Of a stretch of 32,000 nucleotides of DNA, positions 8,222 to 16,246 are shown piece by piece. Every line of letters starts with the position of its first letter. The stretch's first letter is position 1. The stretch spans positions 1-32,000 of the forward strand of contig CAZMNT010000002.1 in NCBI GenBank assembly GCA_964567715.1, given 5' to 3'. This stretch comes from an uncultured Nitrosopumilaceae archaeon (GTDB taxonomy: Archaea; Thermoproteota; Nitrososphaeria; Nitrososphaerales; Nitrosopumilaceae). The notes under the pieces are model-generated. The model was not told where the DNA came from. It did not search any database and worked only from the letters and a program-made list of their open reading frames with translations. Position numbers and translations under genes: made by a program.

Positions 8222-8695
8222 ATGACAAAACCAATACCAGATGGATATCACAGCGTAACTCTAGCCTTGACAATAAAAGGAGTTGCTGACGCAATCGAGT
8301 TTTATAAAAAAGCATTTGGTGCACAAGAGACCAACAGATTTCTTGGACCAGATGGCAAGTCCATAATGCATGCAGAAATCAAGATAGGCGATTCAAGAAT
8401 TATGCTTTCTGATGAAATGCCTCAGATGGGAGTCCTTTCTCCTAAATCAAGAGGAGGCTCAAGTGGAGCAATCTACCTGTACGTACAAAATTCCGACGAA
8501 GTTTTCAACAAGGCGGTATCAGCAGGTGCAAAACCCAAGATGCCCATGATGGATGGTTTCTGGGGTGACAGGGTTGGTTCTTTAGAAGACCCATTTGGAC
8601 ACGTATGGACAATCGCTACACGAAAAAAAGATATGAGTATGGAAGAGATAAGAAAAGCTGGTGGAGAGTTTATGAAGCAGATGAAACCTCACTGA
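8222..8695 (+). CDS. VOC family protein (glyoxalase/PhnB-like)
   Basis: 157 aa with the typical PhnB-like pattern AIEFYKKAFGAQE...DGKSIMHAEIKIGDSRIMLSDE...FGHVW. Confidence 0.85.
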   Translation: MTKPIPDGYHSVTLALTIKGVADAIEFYKKAFGAQETNRFLGPDGKSIMHAEIKIGDSRIMLSDEMPQMGVLSPKSRGGSSGAIYLYVQNSDEVFNKAVSAGAKPKMPMMDGFWGDRVGSLEDPFGHVWTIATRKKDMSMEEIRKAGGEFMKQMKPH

Positions 8696-8806
8696 AGAAA
8701 TCTAACTTAAGGTTATACTAGTTCCTTGAGAAGATATTTACACTGTACCTGCTACCTCAAATATATTTCGGATAAAAGATGGAAAAAGAATATTAGTACA
8801 TTTTAG

Positions 8807-8983
8807 ATGACTCCAATCATGGGCTTGCTTAAGAAAAAAGAAAAACCACAGACAAAATGCAAGGAGTGCGGTCTTGAATTAAATGACCCAATACGTCTTG
8901 ACAGGCATATGAAGAAGGCACACAAACATGCACTACAGCGAAAGTTTGACGAGCCTGGATTTACCACAAGCGGCACGTGGTAG
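8807..8983 (+). CDS. small C2H2-type zinc-finger protein
   Basis: 58-aa ORF (or 54 aa from ATG 8819) containing KCKECGLELNDPIRLDRHMKKAH, i.e. C-x2-C-x12-H-x4-H. The listed antisense ORF 8803..9015 is Cys-rich and low-complexity, and is judged spurious. Confidence 0.55.
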   Translation: MTPIMGLLKKKEKPQTKCKECGLELNDPIRLDRHMKKAHKHALQRKFDEPGFTTSGTW

Positions 8984-9029
8984 TTTGTGCGATACATATA
9001 ATTCAGCAGTCCCACAGCTATAGAAGAAG

Positions 9030-9647
9030 TTGGTTATACTAGAGATTCTTTCAAGTCTCACAAATTTCATAATTCAAACAATATCAGATTCTGGTTATCT
9101 TGGGATCTTCTTCCTCATGGTAGCAGAAAGTGCACTCATTCCCATACCAAGCGAGGTCATCATGCCGTTTTCAGGTTATCTTGTATCTTCTGGCAAGTTC
9201 AATGTTGTACTAGTCATAGCTGCAGGCTCACTTGGAAACTTGGTCGGCTCGCTGATTGCGTATTTTGTTGGAGTATATCTTGGGAGGGGCTTTGTGCTAA
9301 GATATGGCAAGTATGTCCTGCTCAAAAAGTCCCATCTTGAGCTTGCGGAGTCTTATTTTCGAAAATATGGTGACAGATCAACTTTCATCAGCAGACTCTT
9401 GCCTGCAGTGAGGACATACGTCTCGCTTCCAGCAGGCACTGCCAAGATGAACCTGAAGAGGTTTGCAGTCTTTACACTGGTAGGTTCCATAATATGGAAT
9501 ACTGCGCTCACGTATATCGGCATAAAACTGGGCGAGGAGTGGTACAGCATCCGAAAGTATTCAGATTATTTCACCATACTGGTAATTGTCACAGTAATCA
9601 TTAGCATAATCATATACTGGAAGAGGCGCAAAGTTAGCGGTTCTTGA
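9030..9647 (+). CDS. DedA family membrane protein
   Basis: GYLGIFFLMVAESALIPIPSEVIMPFSGYL and the later RLLPAVRTYVSLPAG motif are DedA/SNARE-associated hallmarks. TTG start. Confidence 0.85.
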   Translation: MVILEILSSLTNFIIQTISDSGYLGIFFLMVAESALIPIPSEVIMPFSGYLVSSGKFNVVLVIAAGSLGNLVGSLIAYFVGVYLGRGFVLRYGKYVLLKKSHLELAESYFRKYGDRSTFISRLLPAVRTYVSLPAGTAKMNLKRFAVFTLVGSIIWNTALTYIGIKLGEEWYSIRKYSDYFTILVIVTVIISIIIYWKRRKVSGS

Positions 9648-9915
9648 GATTTCCAAGCTCTTCTAGAATTATCTTAAAGAGTGTCTCGGTGTCTAGCAGT
9701 ATGCATGGTATGCTGTTTTCCTTGCAGGCCTTTCCTATCTCAATGTCTTCTGTTACCATCACCATGTTGTTCTCTTCTGCATATTTTATTACCGAATAGT
9801 CGCTTGCGAGCTTCTTGCCCTCCATGATAAGTTTTTTTACACTAAACGCATCATAGCCAAATTCTCTTAGTCGCACATCCATTCCGTCATACATCTCGTC
9901 GACCAGCACTTTCAT
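9634..9915 (-). CDS. PIN-like nuclease domain protein (Mut7-C / DUF5615-like)
   Basis: 93 aa. MKVLVDEMYDG.DVRLREFGYDA...SD..VIKYAEENNMVMVTED resembles the N-terminal PIN-like half of Mut7-C/DUF5615 proteins. The 3' end overlaps dedA by 14 nt (convergent). Confidence 0.55.
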   Translation of the reverse strand: MKVLVDEMYDGMDVRLREFGYDAFSVKKLIMEGKKLASDYSVIKYAEENNMVMVTEDIEIGKACKENSIPCILLDTETLFKIILEELGNLKNR

Positions 9916-10011
9916 GATATTTTCTTGGTTTCAGAGTACTGTTATTTATCTGATTTCAGATATAACATCTAGAAATTATGTTATAGAACATCTTTTAAAA
10001 TTTTAAAAAGT

Positions 10012-11058
10012 TTAGGATTTCTTGAATCTTTTTCGTATTTTTCGTAGTCTTTCCATTCCTAGCGTCTTTCCAAAGAAACGCCTGATATAGAAATATGCTA
10101 CTGCGCTAGCAAGTCCTGCTGATGCGATAATGGTACCAAGTATAGGCCAGAACCGTGTCTCATATGCTGGATAAAGACCAAAGACTGTTGCAATTGTGTT
10201 TGGCACAAGCTCTGCAGTTCCGGCAACTGTCCACCAGATGATGAGTATTGTTACCTTGTTGGTCACTTCTGTCTGAATTACATTAGCTCCTGTGGCAACC
10301 ATCTGCATGACATTTTCTGACATTTGTATCTGCCTGTCAAGCCTACCAAGTATGACCTCAAACTTTGCAAGAATGGTTTCATCATCTGATACCATGTCTG
10401 CATCGCCATACTTGAGGTTGTGAACTGTATCGTAGGTAGCCCATATAGCGTTTAGAAATGTTAAGAGAGCAGTTTTCATGTTTGAGAGCTCACGCGAGAT
10501 ATCGCGTGTTACCTGCCTTGAGCCAGCAAGGTCAATCTCGAATTGTTCTGCACGCTCTACAATTAGTCTCAATATTGAAAAGTTGGCCTCACTGATTTCG
10601 TCAATTATTCTTGCAAGCAAGAGTGTCTGTCTGTCAGCCCATTGTTCAGGATCTTTTGGAAGCTTGCGCAAAAGTGTGGGGGCATAGTTGTACAGGCGAG
10701 TAATTTTTCCACCGTAGTCGTCATGTATGGTCAAAACAAAGTCCTTTTTCACAAATATCAGCAACGGCGCTGTTTGAGTTGTGTTGTTTCCAGGCACGAC
10801 AAATGGAATCATCAGTCCCAGAGTCTCACCCCTGTCTTCATAGCTTGAAACGTATCCAGAAAGAAGTACAGAGGGGTCCATTGTAACACCAAGTTTTTCT
10901 AGAATCTTTTGAGTCTCCTCAGTTATGCTGTCAACTACACATTCTATCCAAACAAGATTACCTACAGTAATAACCTGTGCAACCTCGTCAAGTCCCACAG
11001 ATGGGTTCTTGAAAGGGGTGCCGTTTTGAAAACCCGCAATGCTTACTGCCTTTATCAT
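10012..11058 (-). CDS. CorA-like divalent cation transporter (non-canonical GMN position)
   Basis: 348 aa with a cytoplasmic alpha/beta plus coiled-coil domain and two C-terminal TM helices, as in CorA. The loop motif reads VFGLYPAY where CorA has YGMNF. Confidence 0.75.
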   Translation of the reverse strand: MIKAVSIAGFQNGTPFKNPSVGLDEVAQVITVGNLVWIECVVDSITEETQKILEKLGVTMDPSVLLSGYVSSYEDRGETLGLMIPFVVPGNNTTQTAPLLIFVKKDFVLTIHDDYGGKITRLYNYAPTLLRKLPKDPEQWADRQTLLLARIIDEISEANFSILRLIVERAEQFEIDLAGSRQVTRDISRELSNMKTALLTFLNAIWATYDTVHNLKYGDADMVSDDETILAKFEVILGRLDRQIQMSENVMQMVATGANVIQTEVTNKVTILIIWWTVAGTAELVPNTIATVFGLYPAYETRFWPILGTIIASAGLASAVAYFYIRRFFGKTLGMERLRKIRKRFKKS

Positions 11059-11540
11059 GATATTTTGGGACGTTTTGATCTATATACGCCTATTTGTAAA
11101 ATATCAGATACCACTTCTGCCAGTTTGTAGTTTACATATCAAAATTGATTTTATGTAGGGCATTTTTTGTAAAAGGGACTCAAATTTCATAACCGTTTCA
11201 ATTCAGAACAGTAAAAAGACAACTGTAACTAATATAAATGAGAGCACACCTCAACGTAGATTCCGTCCAACACATATCACAAAACACGGTAAAACTAGTC
11301 CAAGAGCCAGAGCTGTTGTACTTAGAATCCTTATGCAGTGTGCTGTTTTATAGCACAATGGGCTAAATTTCTTGGTCTTTTTTACAGATTAAAAAACCAT
11401 CTAGGTTAGTTATTATAAAAAACTAGATCATTTCTGTTAATTTTGACGCAAACACCATATAAAACTAGAATATCTCTAATTTTTCTCGAAAGTAAAAGGT
11501 TCATAAATCGAATTCACCAACCCTCGAAGAATTACTAGTC

Positions 11541-14528
11541 ATGAAAGAATTTGGAACCTTAGAGTATGTCTTGGACAATTACTCAAAAAACTGGACCTGG
11601 AAACTTACCGGCTCAAGGGCGGTCTCCATGGTTGCTCGTGTTATACCTCAGGCATGGTATGGAGAGGGTCCCGAAGAAGCAATGGTGCCAGATACAGTAC
11701 AAAACGTTGAGAAGATCAAGTGGATAATGGAGACCTATCCGCTTGAGATAAAGTCCAGAAACATCTGGCAGCGAAAAACAAAGCATATGAAGGCTCCAAA
11801 GAGAAGATGGACGAGAATTGAGAAGCTTCGAAAGGCAAACCCCGGCGAGCAGTTCAGGGGAATGCTACTTAACTTTCAGAGGGAAGGACTAGACTTTTTG
11901 TTAAAATCTTCTGGCAATGCACTGTTAGCTGACGAGATGGGTTTGGGCAAGTGTCTTAAATCAGATTCTCTAATTAGCACTACTAGCGGTCAAATTACAA
12001 TAAAAGAGATTTGGAATAAATCAACAATTATTGAAAAAGATGGGAATGAAGAATGGGGAAGGCTAGAGACTCCCATTACTATACAAACCTTCAATGGAAG
12101 TCAAATCGTACCAAAAAAAGTTACTCGTGTTTTCAGACAAAAAATTGATGAAGACATAACAAAGATTACTTTTTCCGATGGAGCAGTAATAGAATGTACC
12201 AAGCGCCACAAGTTCCTTACCCCTACAGGCTGGAAGATAGCAGGAAAATTAACTATTGACGACAGAGTAGCTATACCCTCAAAGACGTTGCATGAAGGAA
12301 AAAATTCCTTATCTCCAGATGTGAAAGAGTTAATTGGCTGGCAGATTGCAGAAGGATACGAATACTTTGAAGGCAAAAAGTATGTCCATGGCAGATTTTA
12401 CAATTCGGATCCAAAAATTCTTTCTAGAGTGCAACAATCGGCCAACCAACAAGGAATAGAACTCTATCTTTTCTCGTCCTGGGGAACAGCTTTTGTTATT
12501 TCTACAACGAAATTTTACAAATTATTTTCAAAATATAGCTACGAGTGGAGCAAGAAATCTAAAGACAAGTTTGTTCTAAGAGCAATACTGGAGGCACCAT
12601 TAGAAACACAGAAGACATTTGTTCAAGCTGTCTTTGATGCAGAAGGTCATGTAGGTAAAACATACTGTGAGTTAACTACTGCAAATAAATCAATCGCCAT
12701 TGCATTACGGGAGATTCTCCTTCACTTTGGAATCTGTCTTCGCAGTAGAACTGTGGGAAAATTGGCAACAAATGGGACAAGAATACGATGGAAATACTAT
12801 ACATGTACTTTCGGTGGAAATTCGTTAGCCAAATTCCATAACCAGTTCACTCTTCTTACTGAATACAAACAAAAAGCGTTAGAAAAACTTGCATCAAAAA
12901 AACATAACACTAACATCGAAGGCATACCATCACAAAAATTTGTTCAAAAAATTGCAGAAACTGGCATATCATTGCGTTCGCTTAACTTGTACACACCGTA
13001 CAAACATACACAAGGCATGAGCAAACAATTAGCACTTGATGTTTCTTACAAGTTAGAATTACTTCACGAATATGACCTTTCTAAACAGTTGCGTGAATTA
13101 TCTCTAGAATCAATCAACTGGAATACAATCAAATCCATTGAAACCAAACCGTATTCAGGGTATGTGTATGATCTTTCTGTTCCTGAAACACATAACTACA
13201 TCGCAAATGGAATAATCACCCATAACACAGTCCAGACTCTGGCATATCTTGCAACAGAAAAGCAAACATTTCCGGTTCTAATTGTTGCACCGCTTGTTAC
13301 ACTGAGCAACTGGCAGAGAGAAATTCAAAAGTTTCTAAAAAGAAGAAGCAAGAATGGCAGAATTGTCGAAAACCAATATCCATCATCGGTATTGATTCGC
13401 ACTGGCAAGTCACATGAGATTGTAAGGCATGACATTTACATCATAAATTATGACCTGTTATACAAGAGATTCGATGACCTCTCAAAGCTTAACATAAAGA
13501 CGCTTGTATGCGACGAGGTGCAACATCTACGTTCAAAATCAACCAAGAAATATTCTGCAGTAAAGAAACTTGCTGCACTGGAATCTGTCAAGTACAGGAT
13601 TGGGCTTTCGGGGACACCAATTTACAATCGTGGTTCTGAGATATGGCCTATAGTTGACATACTGCGACCCGGACTCCTTGGAAGCTTTGAAGAGTTTTGT
13701 GAATACTTTTGTTATGTAAACGAGAAAGGAAAAGCAATAGTGCTTGAGAACAAGCGTGCAAGCCTAGGCGAGGAATTGCGAAAACATGTAATGCTTAGGC
13801 GCAAAAAGTCAGACGTACTAAAGGAGCTAAAAGAAAAGGTAAGGTACAAGGAGTTTATCGACTCTGATATCAATTATTACTATTCTGAGCTTGACAAGAT
13901 TTGGAAGCGTCTAGAAGAAGAACAAAAGACTGCAACGTCTGCCTTTGACAAGTTCTCATCATACAAGAGAGCGATACAAAGCGAGAGGCAGGCAGCCGGT
14001 GCCGCCAAGCTTCCACATGTCATAGAGTTTGTAAAAAACATCATGGAGATTGAGGAAAGCGTAGTGGTATTCTGCCACCACAAGGCAATCCACGAACTCT
14101 TGCACAAGAGTCTACACGAGTACTCCCCTTCATCCATAATAGGTGGACAGTCAGACAATGAGCGACAGGACAACATTGACAGATTCCAGAACGGTCAGAC
14201 CAAGCTAATGATTGCAGGACTGCGAGCAGGAAACGTCGGAATAAACCTAAGCAGGGCAAAGTATGTCATATTTGCAGAGCTTGACTGGAGCCCTGCAATT
14301 CACAGGCAGGCAGAAGACAGGCTTCACAGGATAGGTCAGAAGAATACTGTATTTGCCTACTACTTGATAGGAAATGGAACATTAGATGATCACGTTGCAA
14401 ACGTTCTGGTTGACAAGAGCTACGAAATTGATGCCATAATGGACGAAAAAGAGGAACCGTTTGAGAACAAGGACAAGGCAGAGCTGATCCTAGCACAGAT
14501 TCATGACAGGCTTAGGACAAAACACTAA
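11541..14528 (+). CDS. SNF2/Rad54-family helicase interrupted by an intein
   Basis: Extein carries SNF2 motifs: DEMGLGK|T (split), LIVAPLVTLSNWQREI, VCDEVQHLRS (DExH), GLSGTPIYNR, and the C-terminal helicase lobe (LMIAGLRAGNVGINL, ELDWSPAIHRQAEDRLHRIGQ). Confidence 0.92.
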   Translation: MKEFGTLEYVLDNYSKNWTWKLTGSRAVSMVARVIPQAWYGEGPEEAMVPDTVQNVEKIKWIMETYPLEIKSRNIWQRKTKHMKAPKRRWTRIEKLRKANPGEQFRGMLLNFQREGLDFLLKSSGNALLADEMGLGKCLKSDSLISTTSGQITIKEIWNKSTIIEKDGNEEWGRLETPITIQTFNGSQIVPKKVTRVFRQKIDEDITKITFSDGAVIECTKRHKFLTPTGWKIAGKLTIDDRVAIPSKTLHEGKNSLSPDVKELIGWQIAEGYEYFEGKKYVHGRFYNSDPKILSRVQQSANQQGIELYLFSSWGTAFVISTTKFYKLFSKYSYEWSKKSKDKFVLRAILEAPLETQKTFVQAVFDAEGHVGKTYCELTTANKSIAIALREILLHFGICLRSRTVGKLATNGTRIRWKYYTCTFGGNSLAKFHNQFTLLTEYKQKALEKLASKKHNTNIEGIPSQKFVQKIAETGISLRSLNLYTPYKHTQGMSKQLALDVSYKLELLHEYDLSKQLRELSLESINWNTIKSIETKPYSGYVYDLSVPETHNYIANGIITHNTVQTLAYLATEKQTFPVLIVAPLVTLSNWQREIQKFLKRRSKNGRIVENQYPSSVLIRTGKSHEIVRHDIYIINYDLLYKRFDDLSKLNIKTLVCDEVQHLRSKSTKKYSAVKKLAALESVKYRIGLSGTPIYNRGSEIWPIVDILRPGLLGSFEEFCEYFCYVNEKGKAIVLENKRASLGEELRKHVMLRRKKSDVLKELKEKVRYKEFIDSDINYYYSELDKIWKRLEEEQKTATSAFDKFSSYKRAIQSERQAAGAAKLPHVIEFVKNIMEIEESVVVFCHHKAIHELLHKSLHEYSPSSIIGGQSDNERQDNIDRFQNGQTKLMIAGLRAGNVGINLSRAKYVIFAELDWSPAIHRQAEDRLHRIGQKNTVFAYYLIGNGTLDDHVANVLVDKSYEIDAIMDEKEEPFENKDKAELILAQIHDRLRTKH
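11952..13226 (+). mobile_element. intein with LAGLIDADG homing-endonuclease domain (425 codons) in SNF2 motif I
   Basis: Begins with Cys directly after GLGK and ends ...GIITHN, followed by Thr that completes GLGKT. Contains TxxH block B (CTKRHKF), LAGLIDADG-like motifs LIGWQIAEGYEY and FVQAVFDAEGHV, and block F/G VYDLSVPETHNYIANGIITHN. Confidence 0.85.
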
Positions 14529-14751
14529 GCCAGAATTTTATCATAATAACAGTTAGTAGGTAGCGGCCTACAGAATCGTACAGCCAGTAGTTCCAATGCA
14601 CAAATACGTAGACCGCTTTGCATAGTCATTTCACAGTATCTAAGGATTCGCCACAGTTTTTTAGTATTTTATGTATGCATTAGAATCTCATGTTGAATCA
14701 AGCGTTAATGAAAGATTATTCAAATTATAATAGATTCAGTATCTTTTTCTT

Positions 14752-14919
14752 TTAATAGGGATAATGAGGTTTTGATTGCCTGAGATAGTTCCTTTTGGCA
14801 TCATCCAGATTTTTGCCAGTGCTACATACTCCCAATGCTGAACATGCAATGGAGTAAGATCCGCCGCCTTCTTGCATATCTTGGGTTTTAAATCTTTTAT
14901 CTTGACAACCAACTCTCAT
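14752..14919 (-). CDS. small HicB/UPF0150-like protein
   Basis: 55-aa ORF MRVGCQDKRFKTQDMQEGGGSYSIACSALGVCSTGKNLDDAKRNYLRQ... resembles the HicB N-terminal pattern (Y.a.vP.L.Gc.t.G.t.eeA..n). Its ATG overlaps the upstream stop (ATGA at 14916-14919). Below the track cutoff. Confidence 0.35.
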   Translation of the reverse strand: MRVGCQDKRFKTQDMQEGGGSYSIACSALGVCSTGKNLDDAKRNYLRQSKPHYPY

Positions 14920-15092
14920 CGCTCCTGCCGTATCTCGTACTTGTTGAAAAAGTCTTGGCTTTCCCCTTCCTTTTGAACAATAAACGACTCTAGTTTTTTT
15001 ATGACCTCTGCCCTAGTTAGCCTTCCTTGGTTTGATGTATAGTATGCGGCTTCTTTTTCCCGGAACTTTTTGTAGCTCATACCTTTTGCCAT
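14916..15092 (-). CDS. hypothetical small protein
   Basis: 58-aa version (MAKGMSYKKFREKEAAYY...) of track ORF 14916..15221. This start lies 34 nt after the DnaJ/TPR stop, while the longer version would overlap that gene. The stop overlaps the next ATG. Confidence 0.3.
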   Translation of the reverse strand: MAKGMSYKKFREKEAAYYTSNQGRLTRAEVIKKLESFIVQKEGESQDFFNKYEIRQER

Positions 15093-15126
15093 ACATGATA
15101 TTGCATCAGGTTCCAAATAAGATATT

Positions 15127-15867
15127 TTATGACATCTTTGCACGCTCGATGCATTTTTTGGCATCGTTTTTCTTTCCCATCTCAAGCAACAGGTTTCCCT
15201 TGTTGCGCCAGGCTGGTGCAAAGTTAGAATTTAGATTTATTGCCTTGTCAAACGAGTCCAACGCTTGTTCGTATCTTTTGAGGTTATAGAGGCATACGCC
15301 CCTAAAGTTCCATATTGCCTCATGCCTAGGATTTAAGATAATTGCCTCATCAAACGACTCTAACGCTTGTTCGTATCTTTTGAGGTCAGATAAGCACACT
15401 CCCTTGAGATTCCACGCAGTCATAGATTCTGGGTTTATCTCCAAGACTTTGTTGTAGCAGAAAAGTGCGTCATCGTATCTCTTCAGATTATAAAGACACT
15501 GCCCCCTCCTAAGCCATGCATTCTCGTATCTTGTAAGGCGGTCAGTGGCTTTTTCATAAAGTGATAACGCTTCATCATACTTGTTCCTTGCATAGAGTAC
15601 CTCGGCCTGATCATGCCAAGAGACAGCGTCTTCCGGATATAGATCGGAGAATTTTGTGCTGGTTTTTGCTTCTATTTTGTGCTGGTTTCTGAGTATTTGG
15701 TATGCATCGGTTATCAATTTGAACCGGTCCCCATCTTTTTCCAAGTTTTTATCAGGATGGTATCTTAATGCCAATCGCCTGTACGCCTCGCGTATCTCCT
15801 TGACAGATGCGCCGGGCTTGAGCCCAAGAACTTGATAGTATTCAGATAGGTTCATTTCCCATACCAT
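15127..15867 (-). CDS. J-domain (DnaJ) protein with TPR repeats
   Basis: N-terminal J domain (YYQVLGLKPGASVKEIREAYRRLALRYHPDKN) followed by about five 34-aa TPR units (W..G.CLYNLKRY..AL..F..A). Confidence 0.85.
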   Translation of the reverse strand: MVWEMNLSEYYQVLGLKPGASVKEIREAYRRLALRYHPDKNLEKDGDRFKLITDAYQILRNQHKIEAKTSTKFSDLYPEDAVSWHDQAEVLYARNKYDEALSLYEKATDRLTRYENAWLRRGQCLYNLKRYDDALFCYNKVLEINPESMTAWNLKGVCLSDLKRYEQALESFDEAIILNPRHEAIWNFRGVCLYNLKRYEQALDSFDKAINLNSNFAPAWRNKGNLLLEMGKKNDAKKCIERAKMS

Positions 15868-16081
15868 CCGTCAAGATCGGTATCACTTGTGAAAACTTGA
15901 CAAGTTATGCGATTCCAACACAACATCAGTAATTTTCTCTTGGCATAAGTGTAAAAAATCTATCTTTGTGCAATTTTTATCAATATTTCAGGCCTTGCAA
16001 TCTTATTGAACATTGTTTAACTCAAAGTATCAAAAAATTATTCTCAAGAAATAAATTGAAAAAATATTCCAGCCAGAGGAA

Positions 16082-16246
16082 ATGGTAAATCAAACAATAA
16101 ACGAACTTGTCAAGATGGCAGACAAAATAGTTATCGACGAGATAAAAGACAAGAAGGTTACTTTGAAGATAAGCTGGTTTGATCTCAAGGGAGCAAAAAA
16201 ATCAAAAAAGTTTTTGCTAAACGAAAAGGAAAAGATCGAGTTTTAG
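16082..16246 (+). CDS. hypothetical small protein
   Basis: 54-aa Lys-rich ORF MVNQTINELVKMADKIVIDEIKDKKVTLKISWFDLKG... in an otherwise ORF-free gap. No family recognised. Confidence 0.25.
   Translation: MVNQTINELVKMADKIVIDEIKDKKVTLKISWFDLKGAKKSKKFLLNEKEKIEF

Noticed and set aside
8803-9015. 70-aa minus-strand ORF
   Set aside because: Its composition is Cys/Phe-rich and implausible, while the plus strand encodes a clean C2H2 zinc-finger mini-protein over the same bases.
14916-15092. Calling the 58-aa ORF a HicA toxin
   Set aside because: Only a vague resemblance (EVIKKLES...QKEGES) is present, and the conserved HicA Gly-Ser-His and downstream His features are missing. It is left as hypothetical.
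14916-15221. Full 101-aa version of this ORF
   Set aside because: Its first 43 codons overlap the 3' end of the DnaJ/TPR gene and read as junk (MHQPGATRETCCLRWERK...). The internal Met at 15092 gives a non-overlapping 58-aa ORF.
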